From Phoronis australis (taxonomy: Eukaryota > Animalia > Phoronida): a stretch of 64,000 nt of DNA. The notes under the pieces were generated by a model. The model searched no databases, was not told the origin of the DNA, and saw only the letters and a program-made list of their open reading frames with translations. The position numbers and the translations under genes are program-made. The stretch is taken from positions 322,686 to 386,685 of the forward strand of contig NMRA01000097.1 in assembly GCA_002633005.1 (NCBI GenBank), in the 5' to 3' direction. This document shows, in pieces, positions 40,623 through 51,509 of the stretch (positions within the stretch are counted from its first letter, which is position 1; the number at the start of each line of letters is the position of its first letter).

Positions 40623-43600
40623 GCATCAAATATAAAGTAGCATTTTCCGAGAGTAGCTACTGGTGGTTCTACATCGGCAGTCATACATTTTCATGAGTTT
40701 AGAAGCTTACAGTGTGATAAAAAAGACTTAAAGGGTGACTGTTCCAGACATGGGGGCTTGGTTTCTTGCGTCAGAGATACGATTAATATAACCAATATTG
40801 AAATATTTAATATTGAAAGACACATGGAGTTTAGTAATCAAAGTTAAAATGAGCACTGGTAAACATCTTACCATATTTAACATTGAGCACCGCCGAATGC
40901 TAAGAGACACTTCGATGACTTCATGTTTGACTTTATTTCAACGATCTCAAAGTTCATTGTTCATTGCTAAAAGGGTAACTTTTTGATAGCTTGTGATTTC
41001 ATTGTCTATTGACAAAAAATAACAATAATACAAAATTTGGTAATTTTTGACCATATGTTAAACCTTCCTCTTCTTCCTAACTCTCTTACTCGTCTCACCA
41101 ACAAATCGTGCACTAGTATTGATCAGATTCATATAAAATTCTCTCCAACCACGAACATCTTCGAGGCTGGTATTCTTTGAAAAAAATATTGAACCAGTCC
41201 CTCATGTTGTTTTCTCTAAATATTAATAACAAGAATAAACCTCATCAACCTAAATTAATTCAAAGTTACAGCCAAAAAATCTCATGCCAATTTTAAAACT
41301 GATTTGGCTTCAATTGACTGAGGCAACGATTTGTCTCAAAATGCTAACACCAATTATACTCAATAAAGAACAATTATTTGAGATTTGGTAAATAATCATG
41401 TTCAAAACCAAACGTATCAACTAGCATCAACATAAATTCAACGACTGGATTACATTTTGTATATTAAAATCAATAAATGTGCGAGACAAAATATAGTGCA
41501 AATAACAAACGCACCTCGTGATTCTATTTTTCTCTCATGTACTCAATAAAACTTCAAAAGTATAACAGTACAATTAAATCTGCAGTAAAAGAAGTCAAAC
41601 GTGTGTACTATGGAAAACAGCTCAAGCAGCACAAAATGATGTACACCAAACGTGGCCAGCCATCAAACACGTAATTTATGATTCATGCTTCAGAACTATT
41701 ATTAAATTTACTTATAGTACATTTGGACACATTACTGATGAACAGAAAATAGTCGATGAGTTCAACAACTGTTTTTTAACATTGGTAAGAATCTGGCTTC
41801 CCAAATACCGATATGCCGTGAACGATTCTAAAATTGTCTTCACGGTTCTCGACTCTATCTTTAAGTTGAGAATCGTTAGTGACGACGAAGTACTGAAGGT
41901 AATGAAACATCTAAAATCTAAATGCACTGCAGACACTGATGGCCTATCATGTTATCATAAAGTACTTGAACGTAATATGCAAACTGATTTCTATGATTAT
42001 AAACCAATACCTATGTACAGGTATTTTTTCTCGATGGTTTGATGGTAACTAAGGTAATCCCTATTGATAAAAGTAATGACACCTACAGTAACTCTCTTGT
42101 TAACTACAGTTCAATATCTATTGTACCTAAACTTTCCAAATTTTTTCAAAAAATTGTTCATGATCAATTTTATTCTTATTTGTCTCATAACAATTTTCTA
42201 TAAAAGTCCCAGAATGGTTAAAGACCCAAATACTAAACTGATTTTGCGGCTACTGAATTCGTTCACTCTCTTTACAAACATTTGACAAAGTTTTGAGCAC
42301 AGTTTCGCTATTCTTGGATATTTCTAAAGTCTTTGACACCATTGATCATGATATCCTCTTAAAAATGAATAAATTTTATTGTTTTCAAAGTTACCTTTAA
42401 AATAGAAAGCGGTTCGTCTGCCTGATACTGTTACTTCGTCCCCACTTGATATTTCTACGTGTGTTCCACGGCGATCTATTCTAGGACCTCTACCGTCCTT
42501 TTCTCCAGCAAGGCTTAGTTCATTGTGTACGCAGACGACACATGCCTGTTAATTCCTTTCCATGTTAAAAAATCTCATAGCCTCAGTGATCAGAATAAAT
42601 TAAACCCTACAAGATGTTTTTGATTGTTTATCGCTCAAAACAAGTAAATTAAATGTATTCTATTTTGATTTCCCCCAAAATCAGAAAATTCGATATCCCG
42701 ACAATGAACTTATTAACAGTGTTGGAAATTTCAAATGTTTAGGTACTTTTGTAGACAGACATCTTTTCTGAAACAAGCCTGTTCAGGAAATTTCTTTAAA
42801 ATTGCCAAAACTGTGGGCGTCCTCTCCATACTGAAACACTATTGCCCCAAACACACACTCCTGATGATTCACAATGCTCTTATACTATCACATTATGGGG
42901 GTTCAATAGCTGTAAAATATTAAAACTTCTTCAGAAAAAAGCTGTGAGAAATGTTACCGATTCTTTTTGTTTTTCAGACAGAGAACCAATTTGCAGGGAA
43001 ATCAAAATACTTTTTCTTGACAACATATTTAAGCAAGCTTGCCTATTTTTTACATATTCAAACAAAATCCATTTGCTGTACTTTTACGAAAACAATTTTT
43101 TCCAGTTCCATCAGTCACCAATATGTCTTCCTAAGATATGCAGTCAACATTTCATTCTAACCTGCCCACCTACAACAGAAAAAGCTATGAAAATTCATTA
43201 ATGTTCAAAGTACCGAATCTAATAAACAACTGTATTCCTCCGAGATATGTAGCAGACGAAATCGACACGCATAGTATACATGGGTCAACCTAATATATAA
43301 AAATACATATTAATCACTTATAACTCTCAGTTTAATGTTCTACATTGTTGTACATTTTCTAATTGAACTAACCATTAGATAATTTCTAACCGAGCGGTCT
43401 CCCTTGTATCAATAGTCTCGGTGTTTTATTCTTAGTAAAATACATTAATTTACATTTAGATCAATTTGCATTGTGTCTTATATTTCATTGTAAATGTACT
43501 TATTTCTGTTGTTATTGATATTGTTCTTCTTAACTCTGGATATCCATCTAATTTATTGTTACTGGGTGGTCAGTTTTTAGCGGCTCGTGCCTTTGCTAGC

Positions 43601-45112
43601 CACCCAGTCATATAACATTGTTAGTTTTATGAAATTCAAAGTTATAAAACTTTCTCTCTCTATGCTAAATATATATGATAGTATTGTCTGATTGAGAGGA
43701 TTTTGGGAAAATCAGACGCCCAAGAAGGGTTATTTGAGACGGAGGCTAGCCGTTCCCCCCTTCTGTTAACTAGCAATTTTACCATGTAGATTGGCGACAA
43801 CATTCACTTCAAATTAGTAGTGATGTGGCTGTAGCGCAATGGGTGTGCGGCAAGAGTGAAAGTGGTGATGACTGTGGATAGTCTCCGGAGGCGACTTTGG
43901 TCCCACAACAAATTACAACACGTCTTTGTACTCATACAGAGAGGTCTGCGTGTATTACACAGTGTTACTCGGATAAGTCCCTAAATAAACAATATCTGAG
44001 AGTAGCATGGAACTAGAGAAACTATAACATTTACATTAGCCTGTCCAGTTTTTATGCAAAAGTTACGTAATTAAAACAAACGTATGCAATCAAACAAGTT
44101 ATTTCATCAGTTTATATTCGTTACGAGTTACGAGTTAACTTGTGACATTGCCTAATGGTATAACTGAAAATATTTTCAACGAGAATGAAATTGAAAATTA
44201 TACCCAGTCATTCATTTAGCAATGGTGCACAGAAAGATCCATGATATTTATTTTCAAAAGAAGGATATAACGTAGAGTTCTCTCTACTTTTTATTAAAGC
44301 AAAATACTCGCTATAAACCTAAAATTGTTATCATAGAATCACAAATGCGCAAACTACTTAGGCACATTATTATATAATTTTTCATGCAGCGGGGTGCACA
44401 TCTCTTTCTAGACACTCTGATTACTCGTTATCCTACATAGTGCAGCGATTTTGTATGAAACAATCGCAGTGCGCAAAATTGAGTCGTTAACTGTATAATA
44501 CTTTCCCGAGTGGAACCATATTGGAGCAAATCGGAATGGTCTCTTTGAGACGACAAGATCGTAAAATTGTGTTGGAAAGCATGTAAACACGCGATTCAGT
44601 TGTACCAGACAATTGTATAGGAAATCGTAAGCAAAAAATCGGAATTGTAAACAGGGTTTGACGGGCACAAACTGTCGCAGCCTCAAATAACAACACGGTC
44701 TGTTCAACACAACAACTCACATGTTCCCACCACCTGATTCTAACCTGATTTGATGTAAAGTTGTAAATTCGTATCTGGCTTTCTATATTTTCTCCCTCTC
44801 TCCCAGCTTTTTCATGCGATTCCATATCGTGATAATGTTCCTGTGACAAGTAACATACTCCTGTATTGTCTTCGTAATAAGCCGAGGTGCAAGCTGCGTT
44901 TCTCCTGCAGTAAAGAGCGCATTCTATTTCACTTCTTGTGCCAGTGTGTTTCGAGAAGTATGATGGTGAAAACAACCTAGTTATTCTTGTAACAGAACAA
45001 GTGGTTCCCTTTGAAATGGCCGAGCACGTTTGGATTTGTTCTGCAAATAGTGTGTCTGACTGACAAAACTGAAGCAGGCTTAAAAAAACGCTGTCCAAAG
45101 GGACAAAAACAT
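6282..45112 (-). CDS. 12-exon gene for a predicted secreted multidomain protein: signal peptide, PAN/Apple, Cys-rich module, CTHRC1-C-like, FN2, CTHRC1-C-like, CTHRC1-C-like (about 660 aa)
   Basis: Manual splicing of 44721(or 44745)-45112, 39235-39328, 37962-38056, 34144-34342, 33827-33982, 31854-32021, 28414-28496, 25941-26142, 19760-19912, 19349-19452, 7144-7357 and 6282-6427. All introns are GT..AG with matching phases. Exons 2-12 total 1614 nt and are open to the TAG stop. The 5' end is uncertain (see the T7 finding). Confidence 0.8.
7144..7357 (-). CDS. Exon 11: core of CTHRC1-like domain 3
   Basis: SATYTKKSSQSLLAVQFNGDLRQ...[23 protein letters not shown]; ctgcag and GTAAGT boundaries; 214 nt, phase 0 to 1. 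Confidence 0.9.
7821..8023. mobile_element. Kolobok-like MITE of about 200 bp
   Basis: TTAA|AGACATATTAAGCC ... GGCTGAATATGCCT|TTAA; the equivalent copy lies at about 49949-50140 in the duplicate. Confidence 0.65.
8294..8580. mobile_element. Harbinger-like MITE family C, degenerate copy (also at about 50412-50706)
   Basis: CAG|TGCCTGGTTGCATGACACAGTC ... GTTGAGCA|CAG. Confidence 0.55.
8581..8716. mobile_element. Short hAT-like GGCGGATCC MITE
   Basis: caggcggatc ... ggatctgcct inverted ends with G-rich and C-rich interior; equivalent copy at 50707-50851. Confidence 0.45.
9280..9338. repeat. (CA)n microsatellite
   Basis: About 29 CA units with one interruption. Confidence 0.95.
9808..10234. 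mobile_element. Harbinger-like MITE family C
   Basis: TIRs of about 45 bp (TGCCGGGTTGCATGATAGAGTCCCATATAGGGACT and AGTCCCTATTTGGGACTGTTTCATGCAACCAGCCA) with a CAG 3-bp target duplication. Confidence 0.8.
15682..17385. mobile_element. Kolobok-like non-autonomous element D, truncated older copy
   Basis: Collinear with 21406-22810 (tttaccgtcttaatc, gcagcgacgtcagtggttc, tcattagatacaatttgta, aacagaccc.aaactcc); right TIR missing. Confidence 0.75.
19349..19452 (-). CDS. Exon 10: start of CTHRC1-like domain 3 (...YNFHQWSWNLNDGTDSGHIGRA)
   Basis: ttgccaacag acceptor and GTGAGT donor; 104 nt, phase 1 to 0; W-x-LNDGxDxGxI motif typical of this domain. Confidence 0.85.
19760..19912 (-). CDS. Exon 9: end of CTHRC1-like domain 2
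   Basis: EGLCDNIAAGLRSIQIHIARTEGSMDVNTGWNSASRIIVEEI; 153 nt, phase 1 to 1. The acceptor is ttcttcccgaag; the donor CAG|GTACTG is less certain. Confidence 0.85.
21406..23092. mobile_element. Kolobok-like non-autonomous element D, complete copy
   Basis: TTAA|AGGAAAATTTCACCC ... GGGTGGCATTCTCT|TTAA; RR..YY termini with TTAA duplication; three copies in the window. Confidence 0.8.
23330..23600. mobile_element. Foldback or MITE-like palindromic element
   Basis: AGACATAGTCCGATTTATTACTGCAATAA is inverted as TTATTACTGTGATAAATCGGACTGGTGTCT; internal TTATTACTG/CAGTAATAA repeats. Confidence 0.6.
24532..25240. mobile_element. TIR element family B, copy 2 (inverted relative to 4238-5073)
   Basis: GGATTGTTCT..AGAACAATCC ends; internal ttggcaagtttgaaagccaa is the reverse complement of 4859-4877. 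Confidence 0.75.
25434..25859. mobile_element. Harbinger-like MITE family C
   Basis: GGTTGCAGGAAACAGTCCCAAATAGGGACT ... AGTCCCTATTTAGGACTGTTTCATGCGACC; interior similar to 9808-10234. Confidence 0.8.
25941..26142 (-). CDS. Exon 8: core of CTHRC1-like domain 2
   Basis: TYKYFKRAADSAIRVLFQSNIYL...RYLIRFDGHDCTSPGVIDGIY; ttccag and GTAAGT boundaries; 202 nt, phase 0 to 1. Confidence 0.85.
28414..28496 (-). CDS. Exon 7: start of CTHRC1-like domain 2 (GTCPNLSRFNIKQYLWTGANEVGNGLIL)
   Basis: ttcactttag acceptor and TTG|GTAAGG donor; 83 nt, phase 1 to 0; N-x-KQ-x-x-W motif. Confidence 0.8.
28646..28883. mobile_element. hAT-like GGATCCGCC MITE remnant
   Basis: Right end AAAACCCCACCCAGTGGATCCGCCAATG; GC-rich interior with G and C tracts; left end degenerate. 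Confidence 0.4.
29170..29400 (+). repeat. Interspersed repeat, second copy at about 58190-58410
   Basis: Shared tgtgttacga.acgac, gaatcacaaagtagtgcaaa and tacattttatcgtctg.aaaacac. Confidence 0.7.
31854..32021 (-). CDS. Exon 6: fibronectin type II domain
   Basis: TYGGNAGGSSCTFPFVYKGLSYSACIEEDRKQPWCATTPNYESDQKWGHCP is the canonical FN2 signature; ttccacag and GTAAAG boundaries; 168 nt, phase 1 to 1. Confidence 0.95.
33827..33982 (-). CDS. Exon 5: end of CTHRC1-like domain 1
   Basis: VGGICDLQIAGDVIVKFHVGECNGIDIGDAHTGWIGNGVSMTIEE matches [39 protein letters not shown]; 156 nt, phase 1 to 1, GTGAGT donor. Confidence 0.9.
34144..34342 (-). CDS. Exon 4: core of CTHRC1 C-terminal-like domain 1
   Basis: TFKKQYSFTSLRVRFRGIVRAPYNCDSCCNRWYFTFNDEECSSPGKIEIVWY closely matches CTHRC1 [49 protein letters not shown]. 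tttcag and GTGAGA boundaries; 199 nt, phase 0 to 1. Confidence 0.9.
35348..35622. mobile_element. Kolobok-like MITE of about 275 bp abutting element D
   Basis: TTAA|AGCGGTATTA ... TAATACCGCT|TTAA; the right TTAA is shared with element D. Confidence 0.7.
35627..37906. mobile_element. Kolobok-like non-autonomous element D, complete copy with nested insertion
   Basis: TTAA|AGGCGAATGCCACCC ... GGGTGGCATGCTCCT|TTGA. Confidence 0.8.
36544..37123 (+). mobile_element. Insertion within element D, probably a 5'-truncated LINE 3' end
   Basis: Absent from the other two D copies; flanked by direct repeat ACAATGATTGTTA (36531-36543 and 37124-37136); frameshifted YSGTALF-NAIP resembles the CR1/L2 ORF2 terminal Y.G..LWN.LP motif; AATAAA near the end. 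Confidence 0.5.
37962..38056 (-). CDS. Exon 3: start of CTHRC1-like domain 1 (APYKECDEVPVANIRHYYYENYLSISDSGTLL)
   Basis: acacag acceptor and TTG|GTAAGT donor; 95 nt, phase 1 to 0; parallels the CTHRC1 segment NYKQCSWSSLNYGIDLGKI. Confidence 0.75.
38807..39180. mobile_element. Harbinger-like MITE family C (inverted)
   Basis: TAG|TGCTCGGTTGCTTGGAACAGTCCCAAATAGGGACTCAAC ... GTTGAGTCCCTGTTTGGGACTGTTCCAAGGAACCGGGCA|CAG. Confidence 0.8.
39235..39328 (-). CDS. Exon 2: Cys-rich module NNSKTECTIANCTDGSQACVKDCANNVGVCV
   Basis: ctcttttcag acceptor and G|GTAAGT donor; 94 nt, phase 0 to 1; five Cys. Confidence 0.75.
40538..40614. repeat. (CA)n microsatellite
   Basis: About 38 CA units with one interruption. 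Confidence 0.95.
40790..43660 (+). mobile_element. Decayed CR1-group (L2/Crack/Daphne-like) LINE ORF2: APE endonuclease and reverse transcriptase
   Basis: Frameshifted motifs in order: LKDTW, TRLTNKSCTSIDQI, DGLS, FLDISKVFDTIDHDIL (about 42312), VP..SILGPL (about 42465), YADDT (about 42527), KTVGVLSILKHYCP, LQKKAVRNV, EPICREIKIL; simple-repeat tail at about 43650. Confidence 0.9.
44721..45112 (-). CDS. Exon 1: signal peptide-like segment plus PAN/Apple-like domain
   Basis: SEIECALYCRRNAACTSAYYEDNTGVCYLS fits the PAN pattern C-x3-C-x5-C-x-S-x-x-Y-x5-C-x-L. Phase-0 donors at CAT|GTGAGT (exon end 44721) or CAG|GTTAGA (44745). The hydrophobic N-terminus is split by a T7 run. Confidence 0.7.
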
Positions 45113-48100
45113 GTCACTTGTCGTTATCATCAATGCTATTGCGCGACTGATCACCACGGACAGTTTCAAGGCTTCAATAATCAGAAAGTCAGTCGTAAAT
45201 CTCTAACGAACTCTCTCTATTATGTCTCAAATTTAATGACAATGATCAGGTGAGTTATTCCTAATCAATATCCATTGTGCCATATTCTAAAGGAAATTGA
45301 ATCGGGTGAACGGAAAACAAGCACACGGTTACGGGTACATATGTATAAATACATGTAAACAATACACTGGTGATTTTGACCACCCTCCTTTGTTACAATA
45401 TTCGTCAGATTCACTACGACGTAACCATATGCACAAGCAAATTTTAAGCTGGTGCAACGGATTTCCCGTGCTATCCTTGCAGGGCAATAGGTAGTAGGGG
45501 TCAACACTTCACCCCTTGATGAATTCAAAGAAAAACATTTCCCCTGTGTTGCATAGAAACCAACTTATAACCCACTACAAAAACAACTGCATTTCTGTTA
45601 ACTTTCTCTGTTCTTTTCAATTCAAATTGCGGGAATCACATGCTTGTTAGGATATTTTACCTAGAAAACAGCGTACAGAAAACTTGACCACATACAAATC
45701 AAGTGCATGCAAAAGCAGAACCTAGATGACAGGTACCAAACCACTACAGACACTGTTGATTAGTTAATTAGTTGAGCTACACATATTAAATGTGGACATA
45801 ACTATTTTACGAGAGAATAATAATACAAGTTGCTTGCGGAATTAACGTTTCTACAGGTACAGATTGTAACGTTGAGTATGGCATTGATGGTGGAAATCGC
45901 GCTTCTCTTAGAAAGCGCAACTTACAAAGCCATCGTACATGTAGCAATTTAAATGGTACGGGCATGGTTAACGATGATAATGACTTTGCCTGTCGGCAGC
46001 CTCGTTTTCGGAAACATTGGATTTCCTAAAAGCTCGATCTACACCACCGCCACATCCACCTAATATTTTAGAATGACAGGGGAGTTCAATCATTTTGAAT
46101 TCAGGCTCGCCTTCTCTTCTATTTTCACGTGTTTGGGATTTTAAATAAACGACTGTGGTATGCAATTTCACAAAAGAACGTTTAACGATAATGGCGAAGT
46201 AGGCACTTGTCAAAACAAGGTAATTGGTGGTGAAGTCTCATGCTGCAATTCCCAGATTTGGTTTTATCAATTCATTCAGTTCAACTTGTCTTTGACGGAT
46301 TTCCGTTAAGTACTTTATATGGAGGAAATGCACGTTGGAAATTAAAATTCGTCAAATATCGACCAGTAACAAAATTATGATCGTTGCTGGTATAACTCAA
46401 TTCATTTTGACCATTGTGTATTGAATAAGATGCTGACACGTTAAAGATGATGTAAGTTAAAAAGGCATTGACCTTTGATATGCTTTACACTCATCGAGAT
46501 TATGTGCATGCATGTGGTCATGGAAAATTTAAACACTCATTATAAACCAACATAAAGAAGACACTACTGTTCCGGTTGCTGTCGTCATTGAATTAATATA
46601 TGAAACAATAGGATTGTTCACTCAGCAGCTGGAAATCTAGATAAATGAATGATAGCAACCAGATTGTCATTCAGGACCTTATAAACAGCTCTGTGTGCTA
46701 TACCAAATATCTAGAAAATTATACTCAATTTGATTAACAGTCTGTCATCAGTTAGCTAAGAAGACCATACATGTAACTTGTTGGCTAAAATGTAACAAAA
46801 TAAAAGGAACATTAATATTAAGAAAACGGTATTCATAACTTGAACAGATTTAATTTGATACAAAACTCTAAAACTAGATCGCTAAAACGATGTAACAGTT
46901 AAGCTTAAGTACATTATTTTGTTTTCGGTTCATAAAACTTTTGTACGTGTATTTCCTTGCACATGTGTATCACAAAATTCCTCTTTTTATACCATACGCG
47001 TTGAAGTTGTCCAGGCAACTACGCCCAAGTTACAAATGTTTTCCGTATTCACCTCCCCCACTACTTCAACAGCGACCTCTGTGGGCGGTAGGTAATGAAT
47101 AGGAGGGGTGTCGCTGGTCGCGGCTATCGTGGGCTGTGGGGGTCGAGGGAGACACGTCGTTTTAGAACGATCCTTCAATAATATCTTCATCATCGACACT
47201 CGGCTTAAACGATTGGAATTTGGTTAAAAAAGTCGTAAATGGTGACCCACACTATGTATCTATGGTGAAATGATCATTTGAGTATTGACATTACTCTAAG
47301 TGTTAGTAGAGCATCATCTGCAAAGCACAGAGTCCGTGGTCTAACAATATACTTTTGGTACGAAAAAGTACGGCAATCTGAACATACGTGTAGATTGATC
47401 TCCGGCGGCTGATTGCTCACTGCACCGCAGGTTGGGCACCATAAATTGTAACACGTTGAGGTGAGGCAAAACCCGATAGTAACTTTAATGTCGTCGAACC
47501 TACTAAACGCCATTGTGACTAGAGTGATATTTATTAGTGGACGTCAAGTCAAATCTTCAACTCTGAAGCAATGACCTGCATGTACATGTGCATACCTTCC
47601 AAACTAATTGTGGCGATTCTCTCGAAAACAACTATGCTCTCTGAGAACAGGTTAGAAGACCAACATCGTTACATAATAACATAAAAGCCATACAGAAACA
47701 CAGTCAAAATTGTGCAGGGTTAGCACATTGGGCAACAACCAGACTTATAAATAATGACCCGCTGTTCAAATTCGGAAAAAAACAAAAATCCTTTTTTTTA
47801 TTCAATAAATAAAGCAAATCAGATCAACGTATATAGAAGACAAGGCACAGACAGAACGCTGAAAATATACAGCTATCACGTATGCTTCATAACGTACATG
47901 TACAGTTCATTGTGGATTAAAAAACAAGGTGTTCCGTCAAGATCACGCAAGTTTTCCCGAAACATCGATTTTCGACCTATTGCTCGATCCCAATGTCTAG
48001 TTTTCACCAGCTAAGCCTTGCGTTACGGAGTGAGACTTGATAGGTTTTGTATCTCATTTCCCGCAAAAAAGTGTACTTATACGAATATTATCAAAGTTCG

Positions 48101-48411
48101 TTCGGAGAGACAGCGAACATTGCGAGAACATACATGTACGCAAACTTTTTTAATCGACCGAGCTCTATATTCACCTAGTGTGTCCTTCTTAGTTTGCCAG
48201 CTTTCAAAAAAATGAGAACAGTTTCCTAGACTTTGGTCACAATTGGCAACTACGAAGACAATCCCGAAATAGGAAATTGTTCGAATACTTAAAATGTAAA
48301 GAAACGTTTTTCGAATAACGCGCTCAAGTATGTAGAGCACTCAAGCAGCTCTTGCGTTTACGTGATCAAAAAGTGTGGGCTGTGCTTAGAGCGTGAAATC
48401 ACACGTGCTCT

Positions 48412-49483
48412 ATTCTAAGGAATATTTCGTTGGCCATCGGACGACTAATCGACTCGTAGCCGGTGTAAGCGTCCTTCTCAGTTTGTCCAGGACACGTCCG
48501 TTCGTGTAGTTTTATGCTGTATTCCGCTACTGGAAGTTTGCAGTATCCGCCAACTGCAAGTAAAGAGCACAAAATATATTCATACGAAACCGGACAATTT
48601 CATAAAAATAGCGGTTCGCCTTGTAAGAATGCTGTAACAGGTGAAGTCATTTACCCAAACGCTCGAGCTGTTTACAGTTGAAGACGACACTGGCAAAGCA
48701 CTCGCAACTGTTCGGTTACTGAACGGGAACAATAAATTGCAAGCCACAATTCAAAATTCAATTTTCATCGACCAGTTACCTAATTAAGCTCTCACTTTTC
48801 GCTTGCGTTATTTTATATAATTTTACGTGACCTTGTTTTTCTGAATTTCTCGCGTCTAAGGAACGCATCCCTGAGCTTGGCGCTAGCCTAGTAGGTACAC
48901 TGTACATGTAACACTGTCACTTGGGGGTAAATATCATGACTTCTGAAGAAGCAATGCTATCGGTGCCTCGTTCAGGCAACTGAAACTAAGGTTTCAATTT
49001 TCTGAAAGATGTCTGTGATACCGTTTATTCTTCATGACTACAATGTCAATACAGCCGTTTGTGTTCAAAAGGCAGGAAATGTCGTCAATGAACGCCTTGC
49101 ACCATTTCATGGTCTCAAGTTTCATTTCCACTTGATATTTCCACAACATCTTAGGCTACGTGCAATTTTGTTACGACTCGTCTAATTCAAGTTAACATTT
49201 CTCCCGTCAGAAATGACTGTCGTTGATACGCAAAGAGCAGGTTGGTCACGCGTGAAAGTTTCCTTTTCGAGAAACATGGTGTTTGTTGGTCATCGCCCAC
49301 GTTTTCCGTCCTGTGGAATAGACTTTGATAAACTAGTGTTGAAATTGGTCCAGACGTTGAACGGTCGGCTCCGTTAAAGTTCAGGTACCATCGGGAACAT
49401 CCGGGGGTGCCGTTCTGTCGGAGATCACCGTTGAACTGTACCGCTAGCAAACTCTAAGATGACTCTTTGTGTATGTGGTCGAC
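48412..49483 (-). pseudogene. Pseudogenised duplicate of exons 11-12
   Basis: The exon 11 copy (about 49270-49483) has a 1-nt deletion near its start, an in-frame TAG, a further indel and no GTAAGT donor. The exon 12 copy (starts 48553; GGYCKLPVAEYSIKLHERTCPGQTEKDAYTGYES) is frameshifted at its end. Confidence 0.85.
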
Positions 49484-51509
49484 TTCAGACGACATGAAAC
49501 ATACAAGCAATAAAAACATATTGCTTAAGGTGCAGTAACGTGGGCATTGTGTTGCTACTGTTTAAATAATCATTGAATAGCACTGGTTATCTTATATACG
49601 CATTTTAAGCTCACTTATGTGATTATAATTTGGACACTGTTGCAGCAATTTGCTACCTGTCAAATATTTTTCAAAGATACTTGACAGATTCTGGTAAAAC
49701 TTCACAGTATAGCTTGTGCAAAGTTATGGTGAACATGGCTTAACAGGGTTTCATGAAACATGACGCAGAGATACACATATATATGGCGGAGAAGAATAGA
49801 TTTTTGGTCAATTTTGACTGCAGTTCGAGGTGCACATTTATTTTCATTCTTGGTATGGACTTCAGTGCATAATAAAAATCAATTCTATGGTTTGAAAACC
49901 TGATTGATAGTTTGCAACCGGAACTGTTGAACGAAAATGTCCGTTTAAAGGCATATTAAGAACTACATATGCGGGTACTTCGGTAGTATGTGTATAACCT
50001 TGAAAACTCCGTTACAATCAGTGGCTATGTCGCTTGTTTACATGTTGGTTTTGACACGGGCTTAAAACATTAAGTCAGGAAATAAGGTGTCCTTGTCTTA
50101 CTTACTTTGAAGTTGGCCATTTTTGCATACTGAATATACCTTTAATTAATTATTCATCAATACAACGTCTGTGGTTTAAGAGAGATGGAAAGCATCGTAA
50201 AAATGCTACCCTAAATGGATTGTGTATCCAATAGGCATCTTGGCTGCTTTAAGTAGGGATACAAGGCAGGTTTACTGGACAGCAGGCAGGAATTCCATCT
50301 CTTACTGGTTGTCAATCCCCTATTCCTGTTGCCAGCAGTTCCATTCAACACAACCCATCCCAATTCGCTACCCATTTCAGTTCCCATCAAGCACGAATGC
50401 TTGGGGTCCAGTGCCTGGTTGCATGAAACAGTCGGATAAGTGGCGATTCCGCCATGTTTCATAAATCTATTTCGTAGATTTGTTTTCTACGTTGAATTCG
50501 CAAAATTATGCAACGCCCCTATTTTAAGTACTAATTCCCTAAATGTTTTGTCACACTCAAGTGCGCAGTTCTTTAGTTATATTATTAAAAAATGCCATAA
50601 GTCAAAAGAGGAGCTCGTCAGTAAAGATAAAATGATAGAAAAATATAACAACGGAGAGTAAAGAAAGGAACATATTCGCAAAAGATTGGGGCTACTCAGT
50701 TGAGCACAGGCAGATCCATGGGGAATCAAAGGGGTCCGGCCCTTATTTTGTTTGATGTTAGTGATATCAAATGTAGATATAATTTCGACCACGCCTATTA
50801 AAAAACCTTTAACCCGGACCCCCTCACCTTTTAAAAATCCTGGATCTGCCTTTCTGAATTCGTGTTTGGATGGCGTAAGGTGACAGTTTTTGAACATTGG
50901 CGTACCGAACATATGACGGTTGGGGGAGGAGAGTCTGTTAATTTTTCACTATTATTTTAAAACCAAATTTGTGTGTTGAAAGTTTTAATTATTAATTGTG
51001 AATTAATTGATATCAACGCCTGGAATATTGAGGGTCAGAAAGCTACCTTTTGGTTGAGGAGCGCCAATCGTGTTTGCTCCTACCTCTCCTTCACTAAATT
51101 ACAAAAAATCCTTCAGGTTCTGCAGCTGCCGACCCTCCAATCATCTCTTTCACCTTCGCACCTCTGGTTAATGAGTCTCCCTCTTGCTTATGATATGTAT
51201 TTCTCGTAATTTATATTATCTTTGCTGCACAAATTTGTATCGATTTACTCTTCATTTGCCTAGTCATTTTTCCAATGCATTGCTTATAATTTTTCTCAAT
51301 TTTGAATTTTGCAAACCATGGTAATCAATGCCTCCTGTACTTCGTCGGCGAGCACACGCACACAGGCTAGGTGTCGCCACGGTCCAAGACACAATAATGG
51401 CGGTGGTCAAAGTGAATAGTTTTGTTAAAGTCTTTGTATTTTCCTTCGCTAGCAGATACAATAATAACCCATCAAGATATCTCACTAGTGAGATAACATT
51501 TTGACGTGA

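Noticed and set aside
43825-43890. A-box-like TGGCTGTAGCGCAATGG as a SINE or tRNA
   Set aside because: No recognisable B box or cloverleaf.
6282-45112. Assigning the symbol CTHRC1
   Set aside because: No Gly-X-Y helix and a different architecture; this is domain homology, not demonstrated orthology.
47274-47513. 79-aa Cys-containing ORF, also present at about 5175-5414
   Set aside because: The other copy has an internal stop, no domain is recognisable, and the similarity is explained by segmental duplication.
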